A stretch of 64,000 nt of DNA from Vulcanimicrobiales bacterium (GTDB lineage Bacteria > Vulcanimicrobiota > Vulcanimicrobiia > Vulcanimicrobiales > Vulcanimicrobiaceae), in NCBI GenBank assembly GCA_038215615.1, contig JBBQQR010000002.1, positions 1 to 64,000 of the forward strand, read 5' to 3'. A program made the translations under genes and the position numbers. The notes under the pieces are model-generated. The model was not told where the DNA came from, ran no database searches, and was given only the letters and a program-made list of their open reading frames with translations. Shown here one piece after another: positions 31,566-41,733 of the stretch; position 1 is the stretch's first letter; every line of letters starts with the position of its first letter.

Positions 31566-32590
31566 TCGTTGCGCTCGACGCGCAGCTGTCGCTCGGAACT
31601 GCGACTGGCATCGGCGAGTACGTGACCGGATTGGCTGACGCGTTGCGTGCAGCCCGCACCGGCGTGATCGAATTGCGCGAGCCCAGACTCGATCCGTGGC
31701 GTTTCGATCGGCGCTTGCTCTGGGATCAAGTGCTGCTGCCGGCGCGAGCCCGCGCGTCGGGCGCGCAAGTGCTGCACTGCGCCTCCGGCACGATGCCGCT
31801 ATCGACCTCGCTTCCTACCGTAGTCACCGTGCACGACGTCGCGTGGCTCAAGGTGCAACGCCACGCGCCCGCTTACGCGCGCTATTATTTTGGACGCTTC
31901 GCGCTAAGGCGCTACGCGACCGCCAAAGCCATCGCGGTCGACTCGCAGTTTTCGCGGCTCGAGCTCCTCGACGTCATGGATGTCGCGCCCGAGAACATCC
32001 ACGTCGTCTACAACGGCGTTGCAGCCGACTATTGCAATGTAGAGCGGCAGCTTCCGAGCGACATCATCTTGGTTCCGGGCACTGTCGAACGGCGCAAGAA
32101 CTTAGAGGTGCTGATTCGCGCGCTTCCGCTGATTGGGGCGCGCATGCGCGTCGTCTCGGCGGGACCGTTCACACCGTATCGCGACGAATGTTTGCGGCTA
32201 GCGGAATCGCTGGGCGTGCGCGACCGCGTCGAATTCCGCGGATACATCCGGCGCGCAGCGCTGATCGATTTGTATGCGAAATGCGCGCTCGTTGCCGTTC
32301 CGTCACGATACGAAGGCTTCGGCTATGCCGCCGCGCAGGCGCTCTGCGCGGGCGTCCCGGTCGCCGTCTCGGATCAGTCCTCGCTGCCCGAAATCGCGGG
32401 CGGCGACGCGCCCGTCATACCCGTCGACGATCCTCAGGCGTGGGCGAGCGCGATTGCGTCTATCGTTGCCGATCCCCAATCAGCGCAAGCGCATAGCGAT
32501 GCCGTGCGCGTCCGTTCGATCGAGCGCTTTTCGTGGCAACGCGCGGCCGCGCAAATGGTATCCGTCTATGAGCAGGCGCTAACGAGCTGA
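31562..32590 (+). CDS. Glycosyltransferase family 4
   Basis: TGIGEY, VVTVHD, RKNL, PSRYEGFG, SSLPEI, FSW. Confidence 0.92.
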   Translation: MIVALDAQLSLGTATGIGEYVTGLADALRAARTGVIELREPRLDPWRFDRRLLWDQVLLPARARASGAQVLHCASGTMPLSTSLPTVVTVHDVAWLKVQRHAPAYARYYFGRFALRRYATAKAIAVDSQFSRLELLDVMDVAPENIHVVYNGVAADYCNVERQLPSDIILVPGTVERRKNLEVLIRALPLIGARMRVVSAGPFTPYRDECLRLAESLGVRDRVEFRGYIRRAALIDLYAKCALVAVPSRYEGFGYAAAQALCAGVPVAVSDQSSLPEIAGGDAPVIPVDDPQAWASAIASIVADPQSAQAHSDAVRVRSIERFSWQRAAAQMVSVYEQALTS

Positions 32591-32681
32591 GCGTTATGCC
32601 GGTTCACACGGAGTGCAGCCCGGCACAGGACGTGCCCGGCAAGCGCCCGTGGGAACGGGCATAACGCTCAGCTCTCGTTAG
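32579..32681. repeat. Long inverted repeat between convergent genes (bidirectional terminator or MITE-like element)
   Basis: 32584-32611 and 32647-32674 are 28-bp inverted repeats with 2 mismatches, extendable through CTAACGAG/CTCGTTAG. Confidence 0.8.
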
Positions 32682-34285
32682 TAAACCGGCGAACCCGGTG
32701 CGCCGGGCGCCACACTGCCGTCGTCGGGTGCGAAGATCAAGCGCAGCGGATAGCTCGAGCCGCTTTCGGGAATTGTGACGATCGTGACGCGCAAGAAGCC
32801 GCGCGCCGGGACGACGTACTGCCGGATCTTGTAGCGCGAAAACGCGGGAACGCCATGCGATTGGATCAGCACGCCGTCTATGACGTATGTGCCGGTAGCG
32901 CGCCCGCCGCGCGGATTCTCGTAGATCGCGATCGCTTGCGGCCTATTCGTTGGGTTCGTCACTTTAACGACGAAGCTTTGCTTTACGCCATAGTCGCCGG
33001 AGAGCGCTTCGCCTTGCATGACGTTGGGAAGCGGAATGTCGCCGATCGGCAGTTCCAGGTAATCCGCGTCGCTGCTCCACGTTCGCGAATAGTGGAACTC
33101 CGGAATACTGTAGAGTCCGCGCGCGTGGCGCTGGCCGCCTTGCAGCAAGTCGGTTCCAGTGAGCGGTTCGTCGGACGAGCTGGTTGCGTTCTGCACGAAG
33201 AGCGTTAAGTGCACGGTGCTGCCGTTGAGCACGCGCAGCTGGAGAAGCCCGCACACGACCGCGTTGGGCGGAAGATCTTGCTGCGCGAGCAGCAGGGTTC
33301 CACTGCCGGGTATGGTGATGATGCGGCCCTCGTTTTGGACTTGGCGCTCGAGGAAGCGTTTGGTGGCAGCGTGGCCGACCTCCATTTCGTTGGGAGCGGG
33401 GCCGGCAAGCCCTGAAATGAACTGCAGCTGCGCCGGCTGGGTCGATCGGTTTTCAGCGCGCAAAACGATCCGCCGCGCGGGTTCGCCCGGTGGATTAAAA
33501 TGAAAGTACAGAAAGCGTGAAGGTTGCGCGCGTTCGAGGTCGGCGGCGAAGAGAACGCCGTTGGCCGCGAGCCGTTCGGGGTAGTCGCTGACCATAAGCG
33601 AGTCGGGCAGAATCGCGGGCGCCGCGACGTTTTCCACACGAACGTGGGTGGTGCCGGAGACCGAGAAGTATTGCTCGCCCTGCAGCAGCACCGGAACGTC
33701 GACGACGGCGATGTCGTCTTGCTGCAGAGGCTGATTGTAATTCACCAGATCGGTCGTGACGATTGCCTGCGCGCCGGGACGCACTTGCAGCAGCGCTGCC
33801 GCGGTCGCCGCGGCCTCTTGCTTGACGAACTCGGCGCTGGCGGGATCGCCCGTAATGCGGATCGATGCGGCGTCAGCGATGCTGCCGGCGTTATACGCGA
33901 CGCGAACTTGGAGCTGTGCGCTGATGGCGCGCTGATCCGTGATCGTGACGATAGCGGAGCCCGGAGATTTTCCAGTGAGCGTGAGCGTCTGCGTCGCTTG
34001 ATCGATCGTTCCGTCGGCTACCGCCGGATTCGAAATCACAAGCGTCAGCTGGCCCAGCGCGGACATGATGTGGACCGTGGTCTGGGCGCCGACCGACACC
34101 TGCGCCGAGGCCGGCAATACGACGATGGGCGGTTGGGTCGGTGCGGGACTCGGGGTTCCGGCAGCCGGCGAAGCGCTGGGCGAGGGCGCGGGAACTTGTC
34201 CGCGCGCGAGGAGCGCGGTCGAGCCGGCGGCGCAAACAAAAACAGAAGCGGCCGCGACTATCGCGGCGAGTGGGGTTCGCTCCAT
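32678..34285 (-). CDS. Hypothetical secreted protein with Ig/pilus-N-like N-terminal beta domain
   Basis: Signal peptide, Pro-rich linker, beta-rich domains; 535-aa ORF co-oriented downstream of recQ. Confidence 0.7.
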   Translation of the reverse strand: MERTPLAAIVAAASVFVCAAGSTALLARGQVPAPSPSASPAAGTPSPAPTQPPIVVLPASAQVSVGAQTTVHIMSALGQLTLVISNPAVADGTIDQATQTLTLTGKSPGSAIVTITDQRAISAQLQVRVAYNAGSIADAASIRITGDPASAEFVKQEAAATAAALLQVRPGAQAIVTTDLVNYNQPLQQDDIAVVDVPVLLQGEQYFSVSGTTHVRVENVAAPAILPDSLMVSDYPERLAANGVLFAADLERAQPSRFLYFHFNPPGEPARRIVLRAENRSTQPAQLQFISGLAGPAPNEMEVGHAATKRFLERQVQNEGRIITIPGSGTLLLAQQDLPPNAVVCGLLQLRVLNGSTVHLTLFVQNATSSSDEPLTGTDLLQGGQRHARGLYSIPEFHYSRTWSSDADYLELPIGDIPLPNVMQGEALSGDYGVKQSFVVKVTNPTNRPQAIAIYENPRGGRATGTYVIDGVLIQSHGVPAFSRYKIRQYVVPARGFLRVTIVTIPESGSSYPLRLIFAPDDGSVAPGAPGSPVY

Positions 34286-34292
34286 CTTTCGC

Positions 34293-35936
34293 TTACGCGA
34301 TTTTGGCTACTTCGCGGCTTACCGCTGAGGCAAGCAGCGTTTTATAGCCCACACTTGGGAAGAGCACGGTTACCAAGTCTTTTTCGGCGCGCTCGACCGT
34401 GCCCTGTCCGAATTTGGGATGATAAACAATATCGGCGATGCGGAAGCCGGATTCGTCCGGCGCGGGCCTGCCGTTGTGCAGGGCGATGCGGGGGCGGCGG
34501 CAGTTGTCGCACGCGCCGCAATTGGTGCGGTCGAACCCTTCACCGAAGTAATTCAGAATGAACCGGCGGCGGCACGAGGTCGTCTCGGCGTACTGCAGCA
34601 TCATCGCCAGTTTGCTCTGATCGTACGACTTCTTGGTTTCGTAGTTGGCCAGGTTCAATAGCATCGCTTCGTTGTTGCGCGCAGCGTCGGTCAGTGCATA
34701 CTTCAAACGGCTCGGCGTTTCGATGAAGCCGCCTTTTTTCAGGATCGCCAGAATCACTTTGAGCTTGGTCAGCGGCAGCTGCAGAATCTTGCGCAGGTCG
34801 GTCATTGAGACTCCGCCCGACTGAGCGGCGAATATCTGTAGCGTACCAAAAACTTTCTGCACTTCTTCGATATCCGGATACTTGCCGGTCAGGAAGTAAT
34901 TTTGCACGCGCGTATCGCTCATACGGTAGATCAGGATGCAGCGCGAAGGCAGTCCGTCGCGTCCTGCACGGCCGGCTTCCTGCGTGTAGGCCTCCACCGA
35001 GCCCGGCAGATCGTAATGCACGACGAAACGGATGTTGGGTTTGTCGATTCCCAAACCGAACGCATTGGTCGCGACCACCGCGCGTATGTGCTCGTTCATG
35101 AACAGCTCGTGCACCGAGGTGCGGTCCTGTTTCTGCAATTTCGAGTGATAGACTGCGGCGGGAATGTCGAGCTCGTCTTGCAGATACTGCTGCACTTCCA
35201 TCGCGTTTTTGATGGTCGCCGTATAGATGATGCCGGTGCCTTCCAACTCGTCGCCCAAGAAAAGCCGGCGAAGAATCTTCAACTTGTCGGGTTCTTTTTC
35301 GGCGCGCCGCACATCGTAAATGAGATTGGGGCGGTCGAATCCGCGTACGATCGGTTTGACGTTCGGAATGCCGAGCTGGTGCAAGATGTCTTCGCGCACC
35401 GCGGGCGTGGCGGTTGCGGTAAGCGCCAGTACGGTCGGATGGCCGAGTCGCGCAATGACACTGCCCAGCGCCAGATAGGCCGGCCGGAAATCATGGCCCC
35501 ACTGACTGATGCAATGTGCCTCGTCCACCACGAAGAGCGGCACGGAGATTTCGCCGAGCAACCGCAGAAAACGCTCGTCCTCGAGCTTTTCGGGTGTGAC
35601 GAAGACGATCTTTAGGTTCTTGCTGCGCACGCGGTCGATCGCGGCGGCTTCCTGGTCTTCGGAGAGCGTCGAATTGAGCGCGACCACTTCGTTGACGCCC
35701 AGATCGCGCAGCATGTCGAGCTGATCTTTCATGAGCGCGATGAGCGGGTTGACCACGACGGTGGTGCCTTCGAGCAGCAAAGCAGGCAGCTGATAGGTGA
35801 GGCTCTTGCCGGCGCCCGTAGCGAGGATCGCCAGCGTGTCTTCGCCGGACATGATCCGGGTGACGACCTCTTCCTGGCCCGATTGGAACTCTTCGAAGCC
35901 GAACTTCTCACGAAGCGCGGCCCGCAGGTCGATCAT
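34293..35936 (-). CDS. recQ: RecQ-family helicase with C-terminal Tudor/PcrA-CTD-like domain
   Basis: [48 protein letters not shown]...CGACDNC. Confidence 0.92.
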   Translation of the reverse strand: MIDLRAALREKFGFEEFQSGQEEVVTRIMSGEDTLAILATGAGKSLTYQLPALLLEGTTVVVNPLIALMKDQLDMLRDLGVNEVVALNSTLSEDQEAAAIDRVRSKNLKIVFVTPEKLEDERFLRLLGEISVPLFVVDEAHCISQWGHDFRPAYLALGSVIARLGHPTVLALTATATPAVREDILHQLGIPNVKPIVRGFDRPNLIYDVRRAEKEPDKLKILRRLFLGDELEGTGIIYTATIKNAMEVQQYLQDELDIPAAVYHSKLQKQDRTSVHELFMNEHIRAVVATNAFGLGIDKPNIRFVVHYDLPGSVEAYTQEAGRAGRDGLPSRCILIYRMSDTRVQNYFLTGKYPDIEEVQKVFGTLQIFAAQSGGVSMTDLRKILQLPLTKLKVILAILKKGGFIETPSRLKYALTDAARNNEAMLLNLANYETKKSYDQSKLAMMLQYAETTSCRRRFILNYFGEGFDRTNCGACDNCRRPRIALHNGRPAPDESGFRIADIVYHPKFGQGTVERAEKDLVTVLFPSVGYKTLLASAVSREVAKIA

Positions 35937-36060
35937 TCTCTCTCCGCTGCACGCCCGTCCGGACGCGCGATTCCGCCTCTTTGTTAAAGAAAAGAAGCGC
36001 TAAGCGTGGCAAGTATACCCCGCGGCAGGCGGGCCGAAACGCCGAAAAGTACTATCGGGT

Positions 36061-37626
36061 GTGTCCCTGTATCGCGATTGGCGGCCCAAGAGTTTCGCGG
36101 ACTTGGTCGGCCAAGAAGCCGTCGTCCGCACGCTGACCAGCGCGATCTCCGGCGGCAAGCTGGCCCACGCGTACCTCTTCTCAGGCCCCCGCGGTTCGGG
36201 GAAAACCTCGGCTGCCAAAATCTTGGCGCGCTGCATCGACTGCGTCAACGGTCCGACTCCCACGCCCGATAACACCTGCGAAAACTGCCGCGCGATCCTC
36301 TCCGGTACCGCGCTCGACGTGCTCGAGATCGATGCGGCCAGCAATCGCGGTATCGACGAAATTCGCGCGCTGCGCGACGCGGTGAAATTTGCGCCCGCGG
36401 CGATGCGCATGAAAGTGTATATCATCGACGAGGCGCACATGCTCACCAAAGAAGGCGCCAACGCGTTTTTGAAAACGCTGGAAGAGCCTCCGCCGCATGC
36501 GGTGTTCATTCTGGCGACGACCGAGCCGGAAAAACTTCCGCTGACGATCCTTTCGCGCTGTCAGCGCTATGCGTTCAGACGCATCGCCATCCCGGTCATG
36601 ATCGAACGCATGCGCGAGATCGCCGCCGCCGAAAAAATTCCGATCGACGACTCGGCGCTTTCCGCCATCGCGTACCGCGCCGACGGCGGACTGCGCGACG
36701 CGCTGACGATGCTCGAACAAGCCGCCGCGTTTGCCGACGGCAAGATCGATGCGGCCACCGTCGAGCTGGCGTTCGGGGCCAGCGGACGGACGTACGCGCG
36801 TACGCTGGTCGACCGCGCCAGCGCGCGAGATGCCGCCGGCGTGCTGAAGACCATCGACGAAGCGAGCGACGCCGGCACCGATATGCAAGTGCTGATCCGC
36901 GGCATGATCGCCGAGTTTCGCAACCTCTTGGTCGCGCGAATCGATCCGGCGCTGCTCGCGCGCGATCTCGCGCCCGCCGACGCAGATGCAGCCGTCGCGC
37001 GAGGCAAGGAACTCAACCAAGCGCAGATCGTGCGCGCGCTGCGTCTTTTAGCGGAGGCGCTTTCAACGGTTCGCTCGAGCGGCAATCCGCGTCTCGAGTT
37101 GGAAACCGCGCTTCTTCGTTTTACGTTGGCAGCTGAGGATCCGACACTGGACGCCATCGCGTCGCGCGTCAGCGTTCTCGAATCCGGCACGCCTCAACCG
37201 GTCGCGCCGCAAGCAGACACACCAAAATCCGCCGCAAAACCGGCCGCACCAAAACCTGACGAACCGCCGCCGGCGGTCGCGCAGGCGAGCTCGAACGGCC
37301 CGCTCACAATTCAAAAAGTCCGCTCGGCGTGGCAGTCGATTCGCACCCGCGTCGAAGGCGAGCGTCAATCACTGCGGACGCAGCTCTCGCGCGCGCAACC
37401 CGAAGCGATCGAAGGCAATGCGCTGGTGATCAAGCTGCCCAACGCAATATTTGCCGAAACGCTCAAAGAGAACGCGAAGATGATCGAAGATGCGATTGCG
37501 GAAGTGCTGGGCACGCCGTTGCGCGTTCGTTTTCGAGTTGAAGTCGCATCCAAAAACGCGTCTCCTGCGCCGCCGCCCGACGATCCCGACGAACTCCTTT
37601 CTTACATCAACGAACGGATGATCTAA
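36061..37626 (+). CDS. dnaX: DNA polymerase III subunit gamma/tau
   Basis: LYRDWRP, GPRGSGKTS, EIDAASN, IIDEAHML, LKTLEEPP, SRCQ. Confidence 0.97.
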   Translation: MSLYRDWRPKSFADLVGQEAVVRTLTSAISGGKLAHAYLFSGPRGSGKTSAAKILARCIDCVNGPTPTPDNTCENCRAILSGTALDVLEIDAASNRGIDEIRALRDAVKFAPAAMRMKVYIIDEAHMLTKEGANAFLKTLEEPPPHAVFILATTEPEKLPLTILSRCQRYAFRRIAIPVMIERMREIAAAEKIPIDDSALSAIAYRADGGLRDALTMLEQAAAFADGKIDAATVELAFGASGRTYARTLVDRASARDAAGVLKTIDEASDAGTDMQVLIRGMIAEFRNLLVARIDPALLARDLAPADADAAVARGKELNQAQIVRALRLLAEALSTVRSSGNPRLELETALLRFTLAAEDPTLDAIASRVSVLESGTPQPVAPQADTPKSAAKPAAPKPDEPPPAVAQASSNGPLTIQKVRSAWQSIRTRVEGERQSLRTQLSRAQPEAIEGNALVIKLPNAIFAETLKENAKMIEDAIAEVLGTPLRVRFRVEVASKNASPAPPPDDPDELLSYINERMI

Positions 37627-37935
37627 ATGAACCAGGCCAACATGATGGCGCAGATGCGCAAGATGCAGCAAGAGATGACCAAAGCGCAGGAAGAGCTTGC
37701 GGAAACCGTCGTAACGGGCAACGCGGGCGGCGAGGCCGTGCGCGTAGAGATGACGTGCGATCATCGCGTGAAGGCCGTGAAAATCGCCGCCGAAGTAATC
37801 GATCCGGATGACGCCGAGACGCTCGAAGATCTGATCGTCGTGGCTTGCAACGATGCGCTCAGAAAAGCCGACGAGGCTACTCAATCGCGCATGGGCCAAG
37901 TTACGGGCGGCTTGCGCATACCCGGCTTGTCGTAA
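37627..37935 (+). CDS. ybaB: YbaB/EbfC nucleoid-associated protein
   Basis: DPDDAETLEDLI motif; dnaX-ybaB-recR synteny. Confidence 0.93.
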   Translation: MNQANMMAQMRKMQQEMTKAQEELAETVVTGNAGGEAVRVEMTCDHRVKAVKIAAEVIDPDDAETLEDLIVVACNDALRKADEATQSRMGQVTGGLRIPGLS

Positions 37936-38544
37936 GTGCCCAGCTCCGGCACCATCGCGGGCCCGGTTCAAGCACTCATTAACGAACTCAGCAAGCTGCC
38001 GACCATCGGTCCAAAAACGGCGGCGCGGCTTGTGTTTTACTTGCTGAACCGTCCGCGCAACGAAGCGCAGTCCCTCGCCGAGGCGATCCTTGCGGTGAAA
38101 GATCGCGTGCGCTTGTGTTCCAATTGCTTTTCGATCACGGAAGAGGATCCGTGTCTGATCTGCACCGACGAGCGCCGCGACGCCACGACGATCTGCGTGG
38201 TTGCGGAAGCCAAAGATATTTTCGCGCTCGAACGCACCGGCGCGTACAAGGGCCGCTATCACGTGCTCGGCGGGTTGATCTCGCCGATGGACGGCATCGG
38301 TCCCGCGCAATTACGCCTCAAAGAACTGGTCGATCGCGTCGGTAAGGAAAACCCGCACGAAATTATTTTAGCGACCAATCCGAACGCGGAGGGTGAAGCC
38401 ACCGCGGTCTATCTTTCGCGTCTGCTGACGCCGCTCGTTTCGGCCGTGACGAGACTTGCGTACGGATTGCCCATCGGCGGCGATTTGGATTATGCCGATG
38501 AGGTGACGCTGGCGAAAGCCATCGAAGGCCGCCGCACGCTCTAG
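37936..38544 (+). CDS. recR: Recombination mediator RecR
   Basis: LPTIGPKTAARL, C4 zinc finger, YHVLGG, EGEATA, DYAD. Confidence 0.97.
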   Translation: MPSSGTIAGPVQALINELSKLPTIGPKTAARLVFYLLNRPRNEAQSLAEAILAVKDRVRLCSNCFSITEEDPCLICTDERRDATTICVVAEAKDIFALERTGAYKGRYHVLGGLISPMDGIGPAQLRLKELVDRVGKENPHEIILATNPNAEGEATAVYLSRLLTPLVSAVTRLAYGLPIGGDLDYADEVTLAKAIEGRRTL

Positions 38545-38559
38545 CCGGAAAGTTCTCCT

Positions 38560-41244
38560 ATGCACCCGCTGCCTCAGACCGGTGTGCTGACTTTTGTTTT
38601 CACGGATATAGAAGGCAGCACGACTCGCTGGGATCGCGCGCCCGACGCCATGGCGCAGGCGCTCGCGTTGCACGACGCGATCGTTTCCGAAACTTTACAA
38701 GCGCACGGCGGCAACGTCTTCAAGCGTTTGGGTGATGGATTTTGCTGCGTCTTCCCCGTGCCGGCTCGCGCGGCCGAAGCTGCCGTGGAAATCCAACGGA
38801 AGCTTGCAAGCCAAGCGTGGGATCGAGCGGTCGGCGAAGTGCGTATTCGCATCGGACTCCACACGGGCAACGCGCTGTCGGCCGACGACGACTATTTTGG
38901 CCCGGCACTCAACCGCGCGGCGCGCCTGATGGCATGCGGTTACGGCGGCCAAATATTGCTGTCGTCGGCAACCGCCGCACTCGTAAACGGCGAGCTGCCG
39001 CCCGGAATCGATTGCGTAAGTTTGGGCACTCACCGTTTGCGCGATCTGGCTGAACCCGAAACGATCTTTCAACTCTGTGCTCCGGAATTGCGGCGGGACT
39101 TTCCGCCGCCGCGAACGCTCGACTTTCGTCCGAACAACTTGCCGCTGGAACTCTCCAGCTTCGTCGGCCGGGACGGCGAGCTGGCGGAACTGCACGATCT
39201 GATCCTGCGCGCGCGCTTGGTGACGATCGCGGGCCCCGGCGGAATCGGCAAGACGCGGCTCGCTTTGCACGCGGCCAGCGATCTGCTCGACGATTTTCAC
39301 GACGGCGTGTGGTTTGTGCGGCTCGCGCCGACGTCGGACGCGAATTTGATTCCGCAGGTAATCGCTGCGGCGCTCGGGGTCGGCGAGGCGGCGGCGGAGC
39401 CGATCGAGGCAACGCTCGTGCGCGAGATCGCACACAAACGCATGCTGCTCGTCTTAGATAATGCCGAACATCTGCTTCCAGCGTTGTCGGAACGGGTGCG
39501 CATCATGATGGAGGCGGCCAAAGATCTCCATATCTTGGTGACCAGCCGCCAGCCGCTGCACCGGAGCGGCGAGCAAGTCTACCGGCTTGGACCGATCGAC
39601 CAAATTGCGGCGAACCGTCTCTTTATCGAACGCGCGCAAGCGGCGGTCCACGATTTCAAACCGGGAAGCGTCGATGCGGACGACCTGGCGGCGATTGCCC
39701 AAACGCTGCAGGGCATTCCGCTTGCGATCGAATTGTCGGCGGGACGTCTCACGACACTTTCGCTCCATCAAATTCGCGAGCGGCTTGGCGCACAGCTTGC
39801 GTTTCTTCAATCGTCTTCGGCCGAGGACAACCGCCACCGCACTCTTCGAGAAACGACGGCTTGGAGCTACGACCTGTTAGGACCTGATGAGCGCACCCTC
39901 TTGGAACGGTTTGCAGTTTTCGTCGACGGGTTTACGCTTGAGGCCGGCGAGCATATCGCGGCCGATGCGGCCGTTCTCGATCTGCTCGAAGCACTCGTGG
40001 ACAAATCGTTCCTGGTCGTCGATCGGTCCACTGCGCGATACCGGATGCTTGAAGTTATTCGCGAGTTCGCCTGCGAGCGAGCCGATGCGGACCTGCTGGA
40101 ATCCGCGCGCCGGGCGCACTTTTCGTTCTTTGCAGCATTCGCGCAACAGGGAAAACGGTCGCTGCCTCACGGCGAGCTGGGCGATTGGCTCAATCACACG
40201 GATGCCGACGTAGCGAATATTCGCGCGGCCCTCGAGCACGGATTCACCAACGCGCGGCCCGAGCTGGGAGAAATGCTCACCGGCCTATTCAGATTCTGGT
40301 ACATACGTCGCACCGTGAAAGAAGCGCGCACCTGGCTTCAGCGGTACATCGAAACTGTCGCCGGCACATCGCCGCAGCTGCCGGGCGTTCTGCGGCGCGC
40401 GTCGGCATTTGCCAGTATCGAGGGCGACTATACGGGAGCGGACGCTCTGGCCAAACACGCGCTTACGCTCTATCATGCATCCGGCGACGAGGCGGGGATC
40501 CTGGAAGCGCTGCATGCGCTGGCAGTCAACGAAACACGGCGAGGAAATTATGCAGGAGCGGAACGGCTCTATGGAGACATTGCTTCGCGCTGCAACGACT
40601 CCGGGCAGGAACGCGCAGCCGTTACCTCTGACGCAAATCGCGCTTCGATCCGGTTAAAAGCAGGCGATATCGAAGGCGCAGAGCGACTGCTCGCGGAGTG
40701 CTCGAGGCGAGCCGAAAAGTTGGGCGATGACGATGTATTCGCTACGGTCGTGGCACTGCAGGGAACGTTAGCATTCAAATGCGGAAAATTTGATACCGCC
40801 GGCGATCTCTTTCGCCGCGCGCTCGCGACCAAGAAAGAACTGAAGAACGAGTTCGGCATCGCCGAGGTGAGCGCGGCCCTCGCTGCGGCGTGCGCGCGTC
40901 TTGACCGGCAAGCAGAAGCTAGTACGTTTGCATGCGATAGCTTGACGATTGCGCTAGACCTTGCCGAAGCCCGGCTCGTCGTCAGCGCGCTCGAAACATG
41001 CGCGCTCGTGGCTATGCAGTGTGACGCGTATGAAACTGCGCGCGATGCGTTCAGCTTGGCTAACACCCAGCGGCGCATGCATTCGGTGCACGAACAAGCG
41101 ACGCTGGGAGCCGAGGATCTCGAGCCGGAGCTGAAACGCCGGTTCGGGAGTTCGTTTGAGATACCGCAGCCGTCCGATTGGAAGTCCGCCGCGCTTGCGA
41201 TCGGAAGCCGCATGCGCGGCGGATCCGCAGTTACCCTTTCTTAG
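38560..41244 (+). CDS. Class III nucleotide cyclase + STAND-type ATPase + TPR signalling protein
   Basis: FTDIEGST, KRLGDG, RIGLHTG, DYFGPALNRAARL; SFVGR, GPGGIGKTRL, LDNAEHL, GIPLAIEL; helical-repeat C-terminus. Confidence 0.9.
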   Translation: MHPLPQTGVLTFVFTDIEGSTTRWDRAPDAMAQALALHDAIVSETLQAHGGNVFKRLGDGFCCVFPVPARAAEAAVEIQRKLASQAWDRAVGEVRIRIGLHTGNALSADDDYFGPALNRAARLMACGYGGQILLSSATAALVNGELPPGIDCVSLGTHRLRDLAEPETIFQLCAPELRRDFPPPRTLDFRPNNLPLELSSFVGRDGELAELHDLILRARLVTIAGPGGIGKTRLALHAASDLLDDFHDGVWFVRLAPTSDANLIPQVIAAALGVGEAAAEPIEATLVREIAHKRMLLVLDNAEHLLPALSERVRIMMEAAKDLHILVTSRQPLHRSGEQVYRLGPIDQIAANRLFIERAQAAVHDFKPGSVDADDLAAIAQTLQGIPLAIELSAGRLTTLSLHQIRERLGAQLAFLQSSSAEDNRHRTLRETTAWSYDLLGPDERTLLERFAVFVDGFTLEAGEHIAADAAVLDLLEALVDKSFLVVDRSTARYRMLEVIREFACERADADLLESARRAHFSFFAAFAQQGKRSLPHGELGDWLNHTDADVANIRAALEHGFTNARPELGEMLTGLFRFWYIRRTVKEARTWLQRYIETVAGTSPQLPGVLRRASAFASIEGDYTGADALAKHALTLYHASGDEAGILEALHALAVNETRRGNYAGAERLYGDIASRCNDSGQERAAVTSDANRASIRLKAGDIEGAERLLAECSRRAEKLGDDDVFATVVALQGTLAFKCGKFDTAGDLFRRALATKKELKNEFGIAEVSAALAAACARLDRQAEASTFACDSLTIALDLAEARLVVSALETCALVAMQCDAYETARDAFSLANTQRRMHSVHEQATLGAEDLEPELKRRFGSSFEIPQPSDWKSAALAIGSRMRGGSAVTLS

Positions 41245-41623
41245 TGTAGACCCAAATACCGTAGTGAAGTCTTTTCGGCACGCCTTTGCGGCCGTCGGTT
41301 CCGTGCGGTCTTCCCTCTTCGTCGGTTCCGTACGCACTGGCATCCGATATGAAGAAGAGGGGTGACCAGCCGGCCAGCTTCGGAGGGGACGATTCGCCGG
41401 GCAGCGGCGTCCGCAAGCGAATTCCATAGCTCCCGCGCCGTGACCGGTACTGTTCTGCCTGCGCGACGTCGGACGCGTACTCCAACCCGCTGCTGAAGTA
41501 GCGCAAATCGATGGGCTCGCAACACGCTTGCGCCTTCGCTTCCGTCATTTTTGCCAGCATCAACGCCAGCGCTGCAGTACCGCCGCCCTTCAGGAGCGTT
41601 GCGCGATCGAGTTTGCGATTCAT
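41231..41623 (-). CDS. Small hypothetical exported protein with Tat-like leader (130 aa)
   Basis: Begins MNRKLDRATLLKGGGTAALALMLAKMTEAKA-QACC; the ATG overlaps the stop of the upstream small ORF. Confidence 0.55.
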   Translation of the reverse strand: MNRKLDRATLLKGGGTAALALMLAKMTEAKAQACCEPIDLRYFSSGLEYASDVAQAEQYRSRRGSYGIRLRTPLPGESSPPKLAGWSPLFFISDASAYGTDEEGRPHGTDGRKGVPKRLHYGIWVYTKKG

Positions 41624-41733
41624 TGGATCTTTCGCGGCCGAGGCGAAGTTCCCATCAGGATGGATCCCAAGGCTGCTAATCCGCCGCCTTTCAGCATAGT
41701 CGCGCGGTCGATTCTTTGAGGGATGTTTTTCAC
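41620..41733 (-). CDS. 37-aa leader-like ORF (or frameshifted 5' part of the downstream gene)
   Basis: SD AAGGAG, then GTG; translates MKNIPQRIDRATMLKGGGLAALGSILMGTSPRPRKIQ*; absent from the ORF track (<60 aa). Confidence 0.55.
   Translation of the reverse strand: MKNIPQRIDRATMLKGGGLAALGSILMGTSPRPRKIQ

Noticed and set aside
35937..36060. SRP RNA (ffs), often found upstream of dnaX
   Set aside because: No conserved helix-8 motif (CAGG...GGAA...AGCAG) is visible; the gap looks like a divergent promoter.
37313..37318. dnaX -1 frameshift site (AAAAAG)
   Set aside because: Only A5G, read as CAA AAA GTC rather than A AAA AAG, and it lies late in the gene.
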